Assembly (NCBI GenBank): GCA_963749495.1
Contig: CAVVMW010000006.1
Location: forward strand, 320,001 to 384,000
Direction: 5' to 3'
DNA: 64,000 bases
DNA from: an uncultured bacterium
GTDB lineage: Bacteria; Verrucomicrobiota; Verrucomicrobiia; Limisphaerales; UBA8199
This document shows, piece after piece, positions 18,227-28,296 of the stretch (position 1 is its first letter; each line of letters begins with the position of its first letter). The notes under the pieces are model-generated. The model made no database searches. It was not told where the DNA came from and was given only the letters and a program-made list of their open reading frames with translations. Position numbers and translations under genes: made by a program.

Positions 18227-19282
18227 TCATGCTTCCCCGGGCAGGGTCTGGCCCGCACCCGGGTAGAGGTGGTGATAGTCCACCGCCTGAACCCCCACGA
18301 TGGCGGCCACGCCCAGGACGTTGTGCGCGTTGGAGCCGCGGGAGACGTTGGCGGCGGGCCGATCCAGTCCCAGCAGGATCTGTCCATAGGCGTTGGCCCT
18401 GGAGACATGGCGCAGCAGTTTGCTGGCGATGTTGCCCGAATTGAGGTCAGGGAAGATCAAGACGTTGGCCCTGCCCCCGAGTTTGCCCTCCGGCAGCTTG
18501 CGGGCCGCAATATCGGGCGCCAACGCCGTGTCCGCCTGCAGTTCGCCGTCAAAATCCGCCTCCATCTTCTTGTCCGCCGCCTGTTTCTCGGCCAGCGCGG
18601 TTGCCGCCCGCACCCGGCCTGCCGACGGGTGCATCGAGCTGCCCTTGGTGGAAAAAGAGAGCAGCGCCACCCGGGGCCGCACCCCGAGCAGGTGCCGCGC
18701 CAGTTGCGCCGTCGAGACCGCGATGTCCGCCAGTTGCTCGACCGTCGGATCCGCAATCACCCCGCAATCCGCCATGAACAACACCCCGTTCTCGCCAAAG
18801 CGCGAGTCCTCCACCTCCATCACCATGCAACTGGAGGCCGTGGTCGTCTGCGGCGCTACCTTGATGATCTGAAAGAGCGGCCGCAGCACCCCCCCGCTAA
18901 TCTGGTTGGTCCCGGAGACAAACCCGTCGGCCTGGTGCATTGCCACCATCATGGCCCCGAAATAATTGGGCTGGAGCATCGCCTCCCGCGCCTCGGGGCC
19001 CTGCAGCCCCTTGGACCGCCGCAACACCTCGAACCGCTGGGCAAAGTTCTCCAACTCGGCGCTCTCCGCCGGGTTGATGATGCGGATGCCCTCCAGCGAG
19101 ACGTTCAACGCAGCCGCTATCTCTTTGACCCGGCCCCGCTCCCCCAGCAGTATCGGCGCGCCCAGTCTCAACGAATAATACTGGCGTGCCGCTTGGAGCA
19201 CACGCGGCTCCGCGCCCTCCGGGAAAACAATCCGCTTGGGATGTCTCTGCAGTTTCTCGATGACGCTGCCAATGAATCGCAT
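18227..19282 (-). CDS. pta: Phosphate acetyltransferase
   Basis: RIVFPEG, ADCGV, LSFSTKGS, DGELQAD, FPDLNSGNI. Confidence 0.92.
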   Translation of the reverse strand: MRFIGSVIEKLQRHPKRIVFPEGAEPRVLQAARQYYSLRLGAPILLGERGRVKEIAAALNVSLEGIRIINPAESAELENFAQRFEVLRRSKGLQGPEAREAMLQPNYFGAMMVAMHQADGFVSGTNQISGGVLRPLFQIIKVAPQTTTASSCMVMEVEDSRFGENGVLFMADCGVIADPTVEQLADIAVSTAQLARHLLGVRPRVALLSFSTKGSSMHPSAGRVRAATALAEKQAADKKMEADFDGELQADTALAPDIAARKLPEGKLGGRANVLIFPDLNSGNIASKLLRHVSRANAYGQILLGLDRPAANVSRGSNAHNVLGVAAIVGVQAVDYHHLYPGAGQTLPGEA

Positions 19283-19330
19283 GGAGCTTTAAGTAGCTTA
19301 GAACCCTCCAAATCGCAACCGGCAAAGGAA

Positions 19331-19447
19331 AAGGCTAAAGGCTAAAGGCTAAAGGCTGAAGGCTAAAGCACAGAGGCGGAAGGGAGGCGCCATCCCCTGT
19401 TTCTTTCGACTTTAGCCTTCAGCCTTTAGCCTTTAGCCTTTAGCCTT
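19331..19447. repeat. (AAGGCTA)n array plus inverted (TAGCCTT)n array
   Basis: About 5 copies on each side, between divergent pta and NUDIX genes. Confidence 0.9.
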
Positions 19448-19452
19448 TACCA

Positions 19453-20007
19453 ATGAACGAGCGTCCAATTCTCCAATGGGAAGGCAAGTTCCTTCGCGTG
19501 CTGAGGCTCGGCCGATGGGAGTATGCCGACCGCGTCGGCACGACCGGGGCCGTGGCGATAGTCGCCGTCACTGGTGATGGCAAACTGGTGCTGACCGAGC
19601 AGTACCGCATCCCAGTCGGGGCGCGGGTCATCGAACTGCCCGCCGGCCTGGCCGGCGATGTCCCGGCAAAGGCCACGGAGGGCGTCGTCGAAGCAGCGCG
19701 GCGCGAGTTGCTGGAAGAGACCGGTTACGAGGCGGGCCAACTGCACTGCCTGGTCTGCGGCCCGCCCTCCGCGGGCCTGGCCTCGGAAATCGTCACCTTC
19801 CTGCTCGCCACCGGCTTGCGCCGGGTCACAGTCGGCGGGGGCGACAGCCAGGAGCAGATTCAGGTCCATGAAGTCCCGCTCGCCGAGGTTGACCGATGGC
19901 TCAACGAGAGGATGGCCGCCGGAATCCTGGTCGATCCGAAGGTGTACGCAGGTCTCTACTTCCAGGGCCGATGGCCGAACAAAACTCCGGGTGAATTGTT
20001 GATATAG
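19453..20007 (+). CDS. NUDIX hydrolase (ADP-ribose pyrophosphatase-like)
   Basis: ELPAGL...AARRELLEETGY Nudix box. Confidence 0.92.
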   Translation: MNERPILQWEGKFLRVLRLGRWEYADRVGTTGAVAIVAVTGDGKLVLTEQYRIPVGARVIELPAGLAGDVPAKATEGVVEAARRELLEETGYEAGQLHCLVCGPPSAGLASEIVTFLLATGLRRVTVGGGDSQEQIQVHEVPLAEVDRWLNERMAAGILVDPKVYAGLYFQGRWPNKTPGELLI

Positions 20008-20086
20008 CGTCTGTCACTGTGTTGCCTGGCGGCCAAGGCGCGGAGCTTGCGTTATCCTGAGCGCCGGGCAAATTAAGCTGACGCAG

Positions 20087-21928
20087 ATGCTGGATTCATG
20101 GCGCCAAGTAGTACGCGCGAGCCGGCGGAGACTCTTGGGGTCTCGGCTGGGCGTTGCAATGGCCGTACTGTGCGCATCCCTGCTTGCGACCGTGGCCGGC
20201 GCCGCGACACTCACCGCCTCGCTGGATCGCGACACGATCACCCTGGGCGAGAGCGCCACTTTGTCGCTGGCCTTCGATGGGGGCGCCCCCGGCCAGGCGC
20301 CAGCCGTGCCAAACATACCGGGCCTGCGGCTCGTTGGCCCAGGGACCTCGCAGCAAATCAGCTTCAACAACGGCGTGATGGCTCGCTCGATCACATACAG
20401 TTTTGAAGTCACGCCTGTGCAGGCAGGCGACTTCACCATTCCATCCATTGCCGCCGTCGTGGACGGGACCCGGCTCACCACCCGACCGCTCAAGCTCACG
20501 GTGCTCAAGCCGGGCGCGCCCACGCCAGAGGCGATCAACTCCGGCTCGCAGCCCGCCTTTCTCAAGCTGGCCCTTCCAAAGCAGCAGCTCTACCTGGGCG
20601 AGCCCGCAATTGCGGAAGTGGACCTTTATGTGCGCGACGGCGTCATCCCGTCTCGTCCGCAACTGGGGCCGATCTCGGCCGAGGGCTTCAACGTCGGCCA
20701 GCAGTTCCGGCCGGGAGCGCAGCGCAACGTGCGGATTGGGCCGGCGGTCTATCATTGCCTGCCGTTTCTCTTCACCCTCAAACCGGTGAAGACCGGGCTG
20801 CTCAAGTTCGGCCCCGTGACGTTCAACGAGGTTGTGGAATTGCCGTCGCCTGCCGGGCGCCGCGATCCCTTCTACGAGCGGTTCGGCTTGCGCAGCCCCT
20901 TCTCGGAGGGCGAACAAAAGCAAATGGTTCTGGCGACCGAGAGCACCAACGTGCAGTGCCTGCCTTGGCCCAGCCAGAATGTGCCGCCCGGTTTCAAGGG
21001 CGCCGTCGGCAATTATGCGATGAGCGTCACCGCCGGTCCGACCAACCTGATGGCCGGCGATCCGATCACTGTGCGCGTGCGAATCGAGGGGCGCGGCGCC
21101 CTGGACGGGCTGGCCTTGCCCGACCCGCCCGGCGGGTGGCGGGATTTCAAGGTCTTCCCGCCTACGGCCAAACCGGTCGAGACTTCGGACCCGTTCGGGC
21201 TGCAAGGGGCCAGGGAATTCGAGCAGATCGTCGTGCCCCAAGGCGCGGAGGTGAAGGAGTTGCCGGCGTTTTCGTTCAGCTTTTTCGATCCCGAGGCCCA
21301 GAGCTATCGGACGCTGACGCACCCTGCGGTGCCGTTGGTGGTCCGGCCGGGCGGTTCGGTCGCCGCGCCCACGATCGTGGCGTCCGCGCGCGCCGGCCAG
21401 GACGCGCCGTCGGCGCAGGACATCGTCCACATCAAACCACGCCTGGGGCTGGTGGCGCAGGCCGGTCCTCCGCTGATCGGGCGGCCTTGGTTTGTCCTGT
21501 TGCAAGCGGTGCCGGTCTTGGGCTGGGTCTGGGCGCTGGCCTGGCGCCGGCGCGCCGATCGGCTGGCCAACAATCCGCGCCTCCGGCGCCGCCGGCAGGT
21601 GGCGCAGGTCATTCGCGACGGCCTGGTCGAACTCCGCCGCCTGGCGGCCCAGAACCAGGCGGAGCCGTTTTTTGCCACCCTCTTTCGCCTGCTCCAGGAG
21701 CAATTGGGCGAGCGCCTGGACCTGCCCGCCTCGGCCATCACCGAGGCGGTCATCGAAGAACACCTTCGCCCGCGCGGGGCGCCGGAGCAGGTCAGCGCCG
21801 CAGTCCACGAGCTGTTCCAGAGCTGCAACCTGGCGCGCTATGCGCCGGTCAGGAGCAGCCAGCAACTGACGGCGATGGTTGCCAAACTCGAAGCCGCCCT
21901 GCGCCAACTCCAGGCCCTCGAGCTATGA
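20087..21928 (+). CDS. batD: BatD family protein
   Basis: Signal peptide, repeated Ig-like BatD domains, FKGAVG motif, C-terminal TM and ARYAP. Confidence 0.85.
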   Translation: MLDSWRQVVRASRRRLLGSRLGVAMAVLCASLLATVAGAATLTASLDRDTITLGESATLSLAFDGGAPGQAPAVPNIPGLRLVGPGTSQQISFNNGVMARSITYSFEVTPVQAGDFTIPSIAAVVDGTRLTTRPLKLTVLKPGAPTPEAINSGSQPAFLKLALPKQQLYLGEPAIAEVDLYVRDGVIPSRPQLGPISAEGFNVGQQFRPGAQRNVRIGPAVYHCLPFLFTLKPVKTGLLKFGPVTFNEVVELPSPAGRRDPFYERFGLRSPFSEGEQKQMVLATESTNVQCLPWPSQNVPPGFKGAVGNYAMSVTAGPTNLMAGDPITVRVRIEGRGALDGLALPDPPGGWRDFKVFPPTAKPVETSDPFGLQGAREFEQIVVPQGAEVKELPAFSFSFFDPEAQSYRTLTHPAVPLVVRPGGSVAAPTIVASARAGQDAPSAQDIVHIKPRLGLVAQAGPPLIGRPWFVLLQAVPVLGWVWALAWRRRADRLANNPRLRRRRQVAQVIRDGLVELRRLAAQNQAEPFFATLFRLLQEQLGERLDLPASAITEAVIEEHLRPRGAPEQVSAAVHELFQSCNLARYAPVRSSQQLTAMVAKLEAALRQLQALEL

Positions 21929-22854
21929 GAGCCGCAGCAGCGTCCAGCCACGCCGCGCAACCGGCCCATTTCCGCGAACCGACGCCGAGCCCGCAAGGTT
22001 TTGGACTGCGGCAGTCCTCTGCCGCTTTCTCGTCCCCAGGGTCCAAAAAGCGCCAGAGGACTGGCGCAGTCCAAAACGCTTCGCGCCTGGCGAGGCCCCT
22101 CCGGTTCATGGTTCCAGTGCTCATCGGCCTGTTGCTGCTCGCGCCATTGCTCGGTTGTGCGGCGCTCGGCGCCGAGGGGCCTCGGCAGGCCGGCTTCGAG
22201 GCCGCCAACAAGCTTTATGAACAAGGCAAGTACGCCGATGCCGCAACGGCTTACGAGAGTCTGGTCCGGAGCGGCCTGACCTCGCCGGCGCTCTACTTCA
22301 ACCTGGGCAATGCCTTTTTCAAATCCAGCGAGATCGGCCGCGCGATCGCGGCCTATCGCCAGGCGCAGCGGCTGACCCCGCGCGACCCGGACGTTCGGGC
22401 CAACCTCCAGTTCGCGCGCAACCAGGTGCAGGGACCGACCCTGGGGGTCGGGCGCTGGCAGCGCTGGCTGGGGCGGCTGAGCCTGGACGAGTGGACGCTG
22501 CTGGCGACGGGCGCCGCCTGGCTGCTGTTGCTGCTGCTGGCGCTCCTGCAATGGCGCCCCTCCCTCAAGTCCAGCCTTCGGACATTTGTATGGGCGGTGG
22601 GGGCGATGGCCGTTGTGCTGGCCGCCTGTATGGCCCTTGCCCACTACCAATCCCGCGCCATTCGCATCGCCATCGTCGTGAGACCCGAGGCCGTGGTCCA
22701 CGCCGGCTGGTTCGAGGAATCCAAAGAGGCCTTCACGGTCCACGACGGCGCGGAACTCCAGGTGCTGGATCAGCACGACGAATGGCTGCAGGTCGCCACG
22801 GGTCCGCTCAGGCAGGGGTGGCTGCCGCGCGAGCAAGTCGTGATCGAGCGGTGA
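21925..22854 (+). CDS. batE: BatE-like TPR + SH3 protein (alternative start 22108)
   Basis: TPR FEAANKLYEQG...YFNLGNA; two TMs; SH3-like C-terminus; ATGA overlap with batD. Confidence 0.8.
   Translation: MRAAAASSHAAQPAHFREPTPSPQGFGLRQSSAAFSSPGSKKRQRTGAVQNASRLARPLRFMVPVLIGLLLLAPLLGCAALGAEGPRQAGFEAANKLYEQGKYADAATAYESLVRSGLTSPALYFNLGNAFFKSSEIGRAIAAYRQAQRLTPRDPDVRANLQFARNQVQGPTLGVGRWQRWLGRLSLDEWTLLATGAAWLLLLLLALLQWRPSLKSSLRTFVWAVGAMAVVLAACMALAHYQSRAIRIAIVVRPEAVVHAGWFEESKEAFTVHDGAELQVLDQHDEWLQVATGPLRQGWLPREQVVIER
21998..22077. repeat. REP-like doublet (GTTTTGGACTGCG...CGCAGTCCAAAAC)
   Basis: Copies at 22915-22994, 28035-28115, 35166-35239, 60675-60754. Confidence 0.9.
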
Positions 22855-22863
22855 AGCAAGATG

Positions 22864-23001
22864 GTCGAGGGTCGAGGGCCGAGGGTCGAGGGGCGAACAA
22901 GGAAGGGCCGCAAGGTTTTGGACTGCGCCAGTCCTCTGGCGCTTTTTGGAGCCTGGGAATCCGAAAGCGCCAGAGGACTGGCGCAGTCCAAAACCTTGCG
23001 G
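22864..23001. repeat. (GTCGAGG)n heptamers followed by GGACTGCG REP-like doublet
   Basis: About 4 heptamers, then a long inverted repeat 22908-23001. Confidence 0.85.
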
Positions 23002-23056
23002 CTCATACTTCACATTTGACTTGCTTAACCTTGCGGGCGTGGTTAAACGAGGCGCG

Positions 23057-23920
23057 ATGACGATCATCACCGACGAGCACTGCACGGGCTTTTCGCACCC
23101 GGGCCATCCCGAGCGGCCCGAGCGCGTCGGCGGGGCGCTCCGGCGGCTGCGCAACCAGACCGGCCTCGCCATCCAGTGGAGCAAACCGGGCCCGTGCGAC
23201 GAGTCGGTCCTGCTGCGCGCCCACAGCGCCAGGCACCTGGCCCGGCTGGAGGAGCCGGAGGATTTCGATGCGGACACGCCGTATGCGCCGGGCATCGGGG
23301 ACTATGCCCGCGCATCGGTCGGGGCGGCGCTGGAGGCGCTACGGCTTGCGCGGGCGGGCCAGGGGGTCTTGAGCCTGATGCGGCCGCCGGGCCATCATGC
23401 GACGCGCCACCGGGCGATGGGCTTCTGCTACCTCAATAACGTGGCCGCGGCGGTGCTCGAGGCCCTGGCCACCGGCACGCAACGCATCGCCGTCTTCGAC
23501 TTCGACGTCCATCACGGGAACGGGACCGAATCGATCCTCCTGAACAAACCGGGCGCGGCGGTGTGCTCGATTCACCAGTTTCCTTGCTATCCGGGCACCG
23601 GGACGCGCAACGTGGGCAACAATTGCTTCAATTACCCGCTGCCGCCGGGCACGTCTCGGGTCGAACATCGCCGGGTCCTGGCCGACGCTCTCGAGCACCT
23701 GTTGGGCCTCAAGCCCGAACTCATCGCCGTGTGCGCCGGCTTCGATGCCTACGCCCGGGACCCGCTGGGCCAGATGGGCCTCGAGGCGGAGGATTACTAT
23801 TGGCTGGGCGGGCGGCTGCGGCAGCCGGGCCTGCCCGTCTTCAGCGCTCTGGAAGGCGGCTACAGCAGCGACTTGCCGGAATTGGTGCTGGCCTACCTCA
23901 AGGGGGTGGAAGGGAAATGA
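23057..23920 (+). CDS. Histone deacetylase family protein
   Basis: HPERPER, RPPGHHA, GFCYLNN, DFDVHHGNGT, AGFD, LEGGY. Confidence 0.95.
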   Translation: MTIITDEHCTGFSHPGHPERPERVGGALRRLRNQTGLAIQWSKPGPCDESVLLRAHSARHLARLEEPEDFDADTPYAPGIGDYARASVGAALEALRLARAGQGVLSLMRPPGHHATRHRAMGFCYLNNVAAAVLEALATGTQRIAVFDFDVHHGNGTESILLNKPGAAVCSIHQFPCYPGTGTRNVGNNCFNYPLPPGTSRVEHRRVLADALEHLLGLKPELIAVCAGFDAYARDPLGQMGLEAEDYYWLGGRLRQPGLPVFSALEGGYSSDLPELVLAYLKGVEGK

Positions 23921-23996
23921 CGAATGACGAATGACGAATAACAACGGCCGATGACCAACTACTGATTCGTCATTCGTCATTCGTCATTCGTCATTC
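23917..23996. repeat. GAATGAC / GTCATTC arrays between convergent genes
   Basis: The array starts at the HDAC stop codon. Confidence 0.9.
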
Positions 23997-24006
23997 TCTG
24001 CCCTCC

Positions 24007-25110
24007 TCAGATGTTTTCTCCCATCGTCGGCGGGGGCTGGTAGGCCAGTTGGCTCTCGGGGGAGAGGGGGGCGGTCTCTTTGGCCAGGACGCGGTATTGA
24101 GGGATTTGGAAGGAGACCTCGGTGCCGTCCGCCAGGCCCTGGTGAGAGTATTCTTCCTTGGTCATGCGGGCGCGGAGGGTCAGGCCGCTGGGCAGCTCGA
24201 GTTCGACGCGCAGCAGCACCCCCAGGAAGAAGGTGTGGCGCAGCACGGCGTGGTAGCGGTATTGAGTCAGGTCGGAGGAGATTTGGACAGCGTAGGGGCG
24301 GAAGCCGATGCGCAGTTTTTGGCCTTCGGCCAGTCCGTGGGCCGGGAATTCCAGCTCGCCGGCGCAGGCGGCGCCATTGCGCACCTGCAATTCGAGGATG
24401 TTCATGGCCCCGATGAAGCGGGCGACGAATTCGTTGGCGGGCTGGTCATAGACCTCGCGGGGCGTGCCGACCTGTTCGAGCAGGCCGCGCGAGAAGATGA
24501 CGATGCGATTGGACACCTCCAGCGCCTCCTCCTGGTCGTGCGTGACGAAGATGGTGGTCAGGTTCAAGTCGCCATGGAGCCTCACCAGCCACTCGCGCAG
24601 TTCCTGGCGGATCTTGGCGTCCACCGCGCCAAACGGCTCATCCAGCAGCAGCACGTCCGGCTTGGGGGCCAGGGCGCGCGCGATGGCCACGCGCTGGCGC
24701 TGCCCCCCGGAGAGCTGGTGCGGGAAGCGCCGCTCCAGCCCGTGCAGCCCGAACAAGCCCATGAGCTCGGCCGTCCGTGCCCGGATGTCCGCCTGTTTCC
24801 ACTTCTTGATCTTCAGGCCGAAGGCGATGTTTTTTGCGACGTTCATGTTCTTGAACAACGCGTAATTCTGGAACACGAACCCGATGTTGCGGCGTTGCAC
24901 CGAGACCTCGTTGACACGTTGCCCCCGGATGAAGATGTCGCCGCCGGTGGGCATCTCCAGGCCGGCGATCATCCGCAGGACGGTCGTCTTGCCTCCGCCG
25001 CTGGGCCCCAGCAAGGCCATCAACTCCCCCTCCTTGACGGAAAACGTGACGTCGCTCACGACAACAATGTCGCCGAACCGCTTGGTCACGTTTTTCAGTT
25101 CGATGCTCAA
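24007..25110 (-). CDS. cysA: Sulfate ABC transporter ATP-binding protein
   Basis: Walker A GPSGGGKT, LSGGQRQR, TOBE domain; operon context. Confidence 0.92.
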   Translation of the reverse strand: MSIELKNVTKRFGDIVVVSDVTFSVKEGELMALLGPSGGGKTTVLRMIAGLEMPTGGDIFIRGQRVNEVSVQRRNIGFVFQNYALFKNMNVAKNIAFGLKIKKWKQADIRARTAELMGLFGLHGLERRFPHQLSGGQRQRVAIARALAPKPDVLLLDEPFGAVDAKIRQELREWLVRLHGDLNLTTIFVTHDQEEALEVSNRIVIFSRGLLEQVGTPREVYDQPANEFVARFIGAMNILELQVRNGAACAGELEFPAHGLAEGQKLRIGFRPYAVQISSDLTQYRYHAVLRHTFFLGVLLRVELELPSGLTLRARMTKEEYSHQGLADGTEVSFQIPQYRVLAKETAPLSPESQLAYQPPPTMGENI

Positions 25111-25121
25111 GGGAGGGACGA

Positions 25122-25241
25122 GAATGACGAATGACGAATGACGAATGACGAAGCGGCGGGAGGCAGACGAGTGAACCTCCGCCCTCGCCCCTCATCCCTG
25201 GCCAGATGTCCTTCGTCCTTCGTCATTCGTCATTCGTCATT
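25122..25241. repeat. GAATGAC / GTCATTC arrays inside the cys operon
   Basis: Lies between cysW and cysA. Confidence 0.85.
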
Positions 25242-26119
25242 TACTCCTGCCGCTCTGCGTGGGCGTAGGCGCGCGCCTGGCGCCATTCCAGGAGCGTCTT
25301 GAGGCCCAGGGTAAGCAGCGCCAGCAGGACCAGCAAGCTGGATACGGCGAAGGCGGCCGGGGCATTGTATTCGTTGAAGAGCTTCTCGACGCGCAAGGGC
25401 ATGGTATCGGTCTGCCCGGCGATGTGGCCTGAGACGACCGAGACGGCGCCGAACTCGCCCATGGCCCGGGCGTTGCAAAGGATGATGCCGTAGAGCAGGC
25501 CCCATTTGACCGAGGGCAGGGTGACGCGGCAGAAGGTCACCCAGCCGTTGGCGCCGAGCGTCAGGGCCGCCTCTTCCTGCTCGGAGCCGGTGGCCTGCAT
25601 CACTGGGATGAGTTCGCGCGCCACGAAGGGCAGGGTGATGAAGACGGTGGCCAGGACGATGCCTGGGGCCGCGAAGATGACCTGGACGTCATGGGCCTGG
25701 AGCCACGGCCCCAGGAAACCCTGCCGGCCAAAGAGCAGCACAAGCATCAGTCCCGCCACCACGGGCGAGACCGAGAAGGGCAGATCGATGAGCGTCACCA
25801 GCAGGGATTTGCCGGGGAACTCGAATTTGGCTATCGCCCAGGCGGCGGCCAGGCCGAACAGGACATTGAGCGGCACGCTGATCGCCGCCACCCACAACGT
25901 CAGGCGGATGGCCGCCCAGGAGTCCGGGTGCGCCAGCGCCTGGCGGTAATAGGCCCAACCCCGCGAGAGCGCCTGGGCAAACACGTTGGCCAGCGGCAGC
26001 AGCAGGAAGACAGCGCAGAACGCCAGGGCCACCGCGATCAGGAGCCACCGGGCCGCGGCCGGCTTTTCCATGCCCCGCCTGGAGGCCTCGATGCTCGGTT
26101 TTCGCGCGGATGTTCGCAT
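25241..26119 (-). CDS. cysW: Sulfate ABC permease CysW (start uncertain)
   Basis: DLPFSVSPVVAG, PFVARELIP, NARAMGEFGAV. Confidence 0.93.
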   Translation of the reverse strand: MRTSARKPSIEASRRGMEKPAAARWLLIAVALAFCAVFLLLPLANVFAQALSRGWAYYRQALAHPDSWAAIRLTLWVAAISVPLNVLFGLAAAWAIAKFEFPGKSLLVTLIDLPFSVSPVVAGLMLVLLFGRQGFLGPWLQAHDVQVIFAAPGIVLATVFITLPFVARELIPVMQATGSEQEEAALTLGANGWVTFCRVTLPSVKWGLLYGIILCNARAMGEFGAVSVVSGHIAGQTDTMPLRVEKLFNEYNAPAAFAVSSLLVLLALLTLGLKTLLEWRQARAYAHAERQE

Positions 26120-26156
26120 CTGAGATTTGAAATTTGAAGTTTCAGATTTCAAAGGG

Positions 26157-26993
26157 TCACGTTTGCGCCTGGCGCAGAAAGCGGCTGGTCCATTGTTCGA
26201 GCACGTTGATCAGGGCCAGCAGGAGGAACGAGACCACCAGCAGCACGACCGCCAGCGCCACGGCGCCCGCGTAATCGAATTCCTCCAGGCGCATGACGAT
26301 GAGAAAGGGGGCAATCTCGGTCTTGAACGGCAAGTTGCCGGAAATGAACACGACCGAGCCGTATTCGCCAATGGCGCGGGCGAAGGCCAAGGCAAACCCG
26401 GTGACGACCGCCGGGAGCACCGTGGGGGCGATGACGCTCACGAAGGTGCGGAGCCGCCGGGCGCCCAGCGTGGCGGCCGCCTCCTCGACCTCGGGCTCCA
26501 GGCTCCGCAAGACCGGTTCGAGCGTGCGCACGGCAAAGGGCAGCCCAACGAACGTGAGGGCGATCACCACGCCCAGCCGCGTGTACGCCCCTTGAATGCC
26601 CAGCGGCACCAGGTAACGGCCCAGCCAGCCGTTGGCGGCAAAGAGGTTGGCCAGCGTCAGCCCCGCTACGGCGGTCGGCAGGGCAAACGGGAAGTCCACG
26701 ATCGCATCGATGAGCCTGCGCCCCGGGAACCGGTAACGGACAAGCACCCACGCCAGCAGCGTGCCGAAGACGGCATTGGCCACTGCCGCCAGCAACGACG
26801 TGCCAAAGGTCAGGCGGTAGGCGGCCAGCGCCCGCTCCGTGGTGGCCAGGCGCCAGAAGTCCGCCCAGGATAGCCCCAGCGCGCGCCACACCAGCCCGGC
26901 CAGCGGCACCAGGACCAGCGCGCTCAAGTAAAACAACGTGAAGCCCAGGGTCAGGCCAAAACCGGGCAAGGCGTTGAATTTCTTGTCATTCAT
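26157..26993 (-). CDS. cysT: Sulfate ABC permease CysT
   Basis: LPGFGLTLG, DFPFALPTAVAG, ARAIGEYGSV. Confidence 0.95.
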   Translation of the reverse strand: MNDKKFNALPGFGLTLGFTLFYLSALVLVPLAGLVWRALGLSWADFWRLATTERALAAYRLTFGTSLLAAVANAVFGTLLAWVLVRYRFPGRRLIDAIVDFPFALPTAVAGLTLANLFAANGWLGRYLVPLGIQGAYTRLGVVIALTFVGLPFAVRTLEPVLRSLEPEVEEAAATLGARRLRTFVSVIAPTVLPAVVTGFALAFARAIGEYGSVVFISGNLPFKTEIAPFLIVMRLEEFDYAGAVALAVVLLVVSFLLLALINVLEQWTSRFLRQAQT

Positions 26994-28172
26994 CGCCGGT
27001 TGCCGAGCAGTTGGTCATACACGCCGCCTTCGCTGAAATGGATTTTTTGCGCCTTCTGCCAGCCGCCAAAGACCTCATCGATGGTGAACAGGTTGAGCTT
27101 GGGAAAGGCGGCGGCGTGCTGCTGCGCGATGGTTTCGAGGCGGGGCCGGAAGAAATGCCGGGCGGCAATCTCCTGGCCCTCGGGCGAGTAGAGGTATTCG
27201 AGGTAGGCCCGGGCCACGGCGCCGGTGCCGTGCTGCTCGACGAGCTTGTCCACCCACGCCACCGGCGGCTCGGCCAGGATGCTGAGCGAGGGGAGCACGA
27301 TCTGGTATTGGGCTTTGGGGGATTCCTTGAGGCAGAGCATGGCCTCGTTCTCCCAAGTGATGAGGGCGTCGCCGATGCCGCGCTGCACGAAGGTCGTGGC
27401 GGCGGCTTCGAGCGCCGGAGTCGAGGATCGGCACGTTCCTATAAAGCCGGGCCACGAACTCGCGCGCCTTGGCCTGGTCCTGGCCGTATTGCTTCAAGGC
27501 AAAACCCCAGGCCGCCAGGTAATTCCAGCGGGCGCCCCCGGAGGCCTTGGGGTTGGGCGTGATGACCGACACGCCAGGCCGGACCAGGTCGTCCCAGTCT
27601 TTGATGGCCTTGGGATTGGCCTTGCGGACCAGGAACACGATGGCCGAGGTGTAAGGCGAGCTGTGGTAAGGCAGGCGCCCCTGCCAATCCACTGGGAGCA
27701 GTTTGCCTTTTTCGGCAATCGCATCGATGTCGTATGCCAGCGCCAGCGTCACCACGTCGGCCGGCAGTCCGTCGATGACCGCCCGCGCCTGCTTGCCGGA
27801 CCCGCCGTGAGACTGCTGGACCGTCACCGTGTCGCCTGCCTTGGCCTGCCAATACTTCGCAAAGGCGGCGTTGAACTCCTGGTAAAACTCGCGCGTGGGG
27901 TCGTAAGAGGCGTTCAGGAGCGTGATGTCCCTGGCCCGCGCTGGGGCCTCCGGCAAGACCAGGAAGGCCAGGAAAAAGATCAGCAAAACCCAGGCGCTTC
28001 CCGATAACGGCACACGACGCCCGGTTCGCGAAGCGTTTTGGACTGCGCCAGTCCTCTGGCGCTTTTCCGACCGCTGGGAGGGACAAAGCGCCAGAGGACT
28101 GGCGCAGTCCAAAACCATGCGGGCTTCTCGGGGCCTCCTGGCTTTCTCCATTTTCTTCTTGCGCATCTCCAT
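26990..28172 (-). CDS. sbp: Sulfate-binding periplasmic protein, +1 frameshift near 27407
   Basis: [37 protein letters not shown] split over two frames. Confidence 0.9.
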
Positions 28173-28296
28173 GTTCTGTTCCCGTCGAGAGGCAATCTGG
28201 CAGAAATACAAGCTGATGCCACATATTTCTGGTCCTGACTTGACGGCGGGGCCGGGGCGGGCCAGTATCCCGGCAAGTCTAAAAAAGCTCATCCTT

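Noticed and set aside
20755..22854. 699-aa TPR protein
   Set aside because: The first ~390 aa are an alternative frame of batD.
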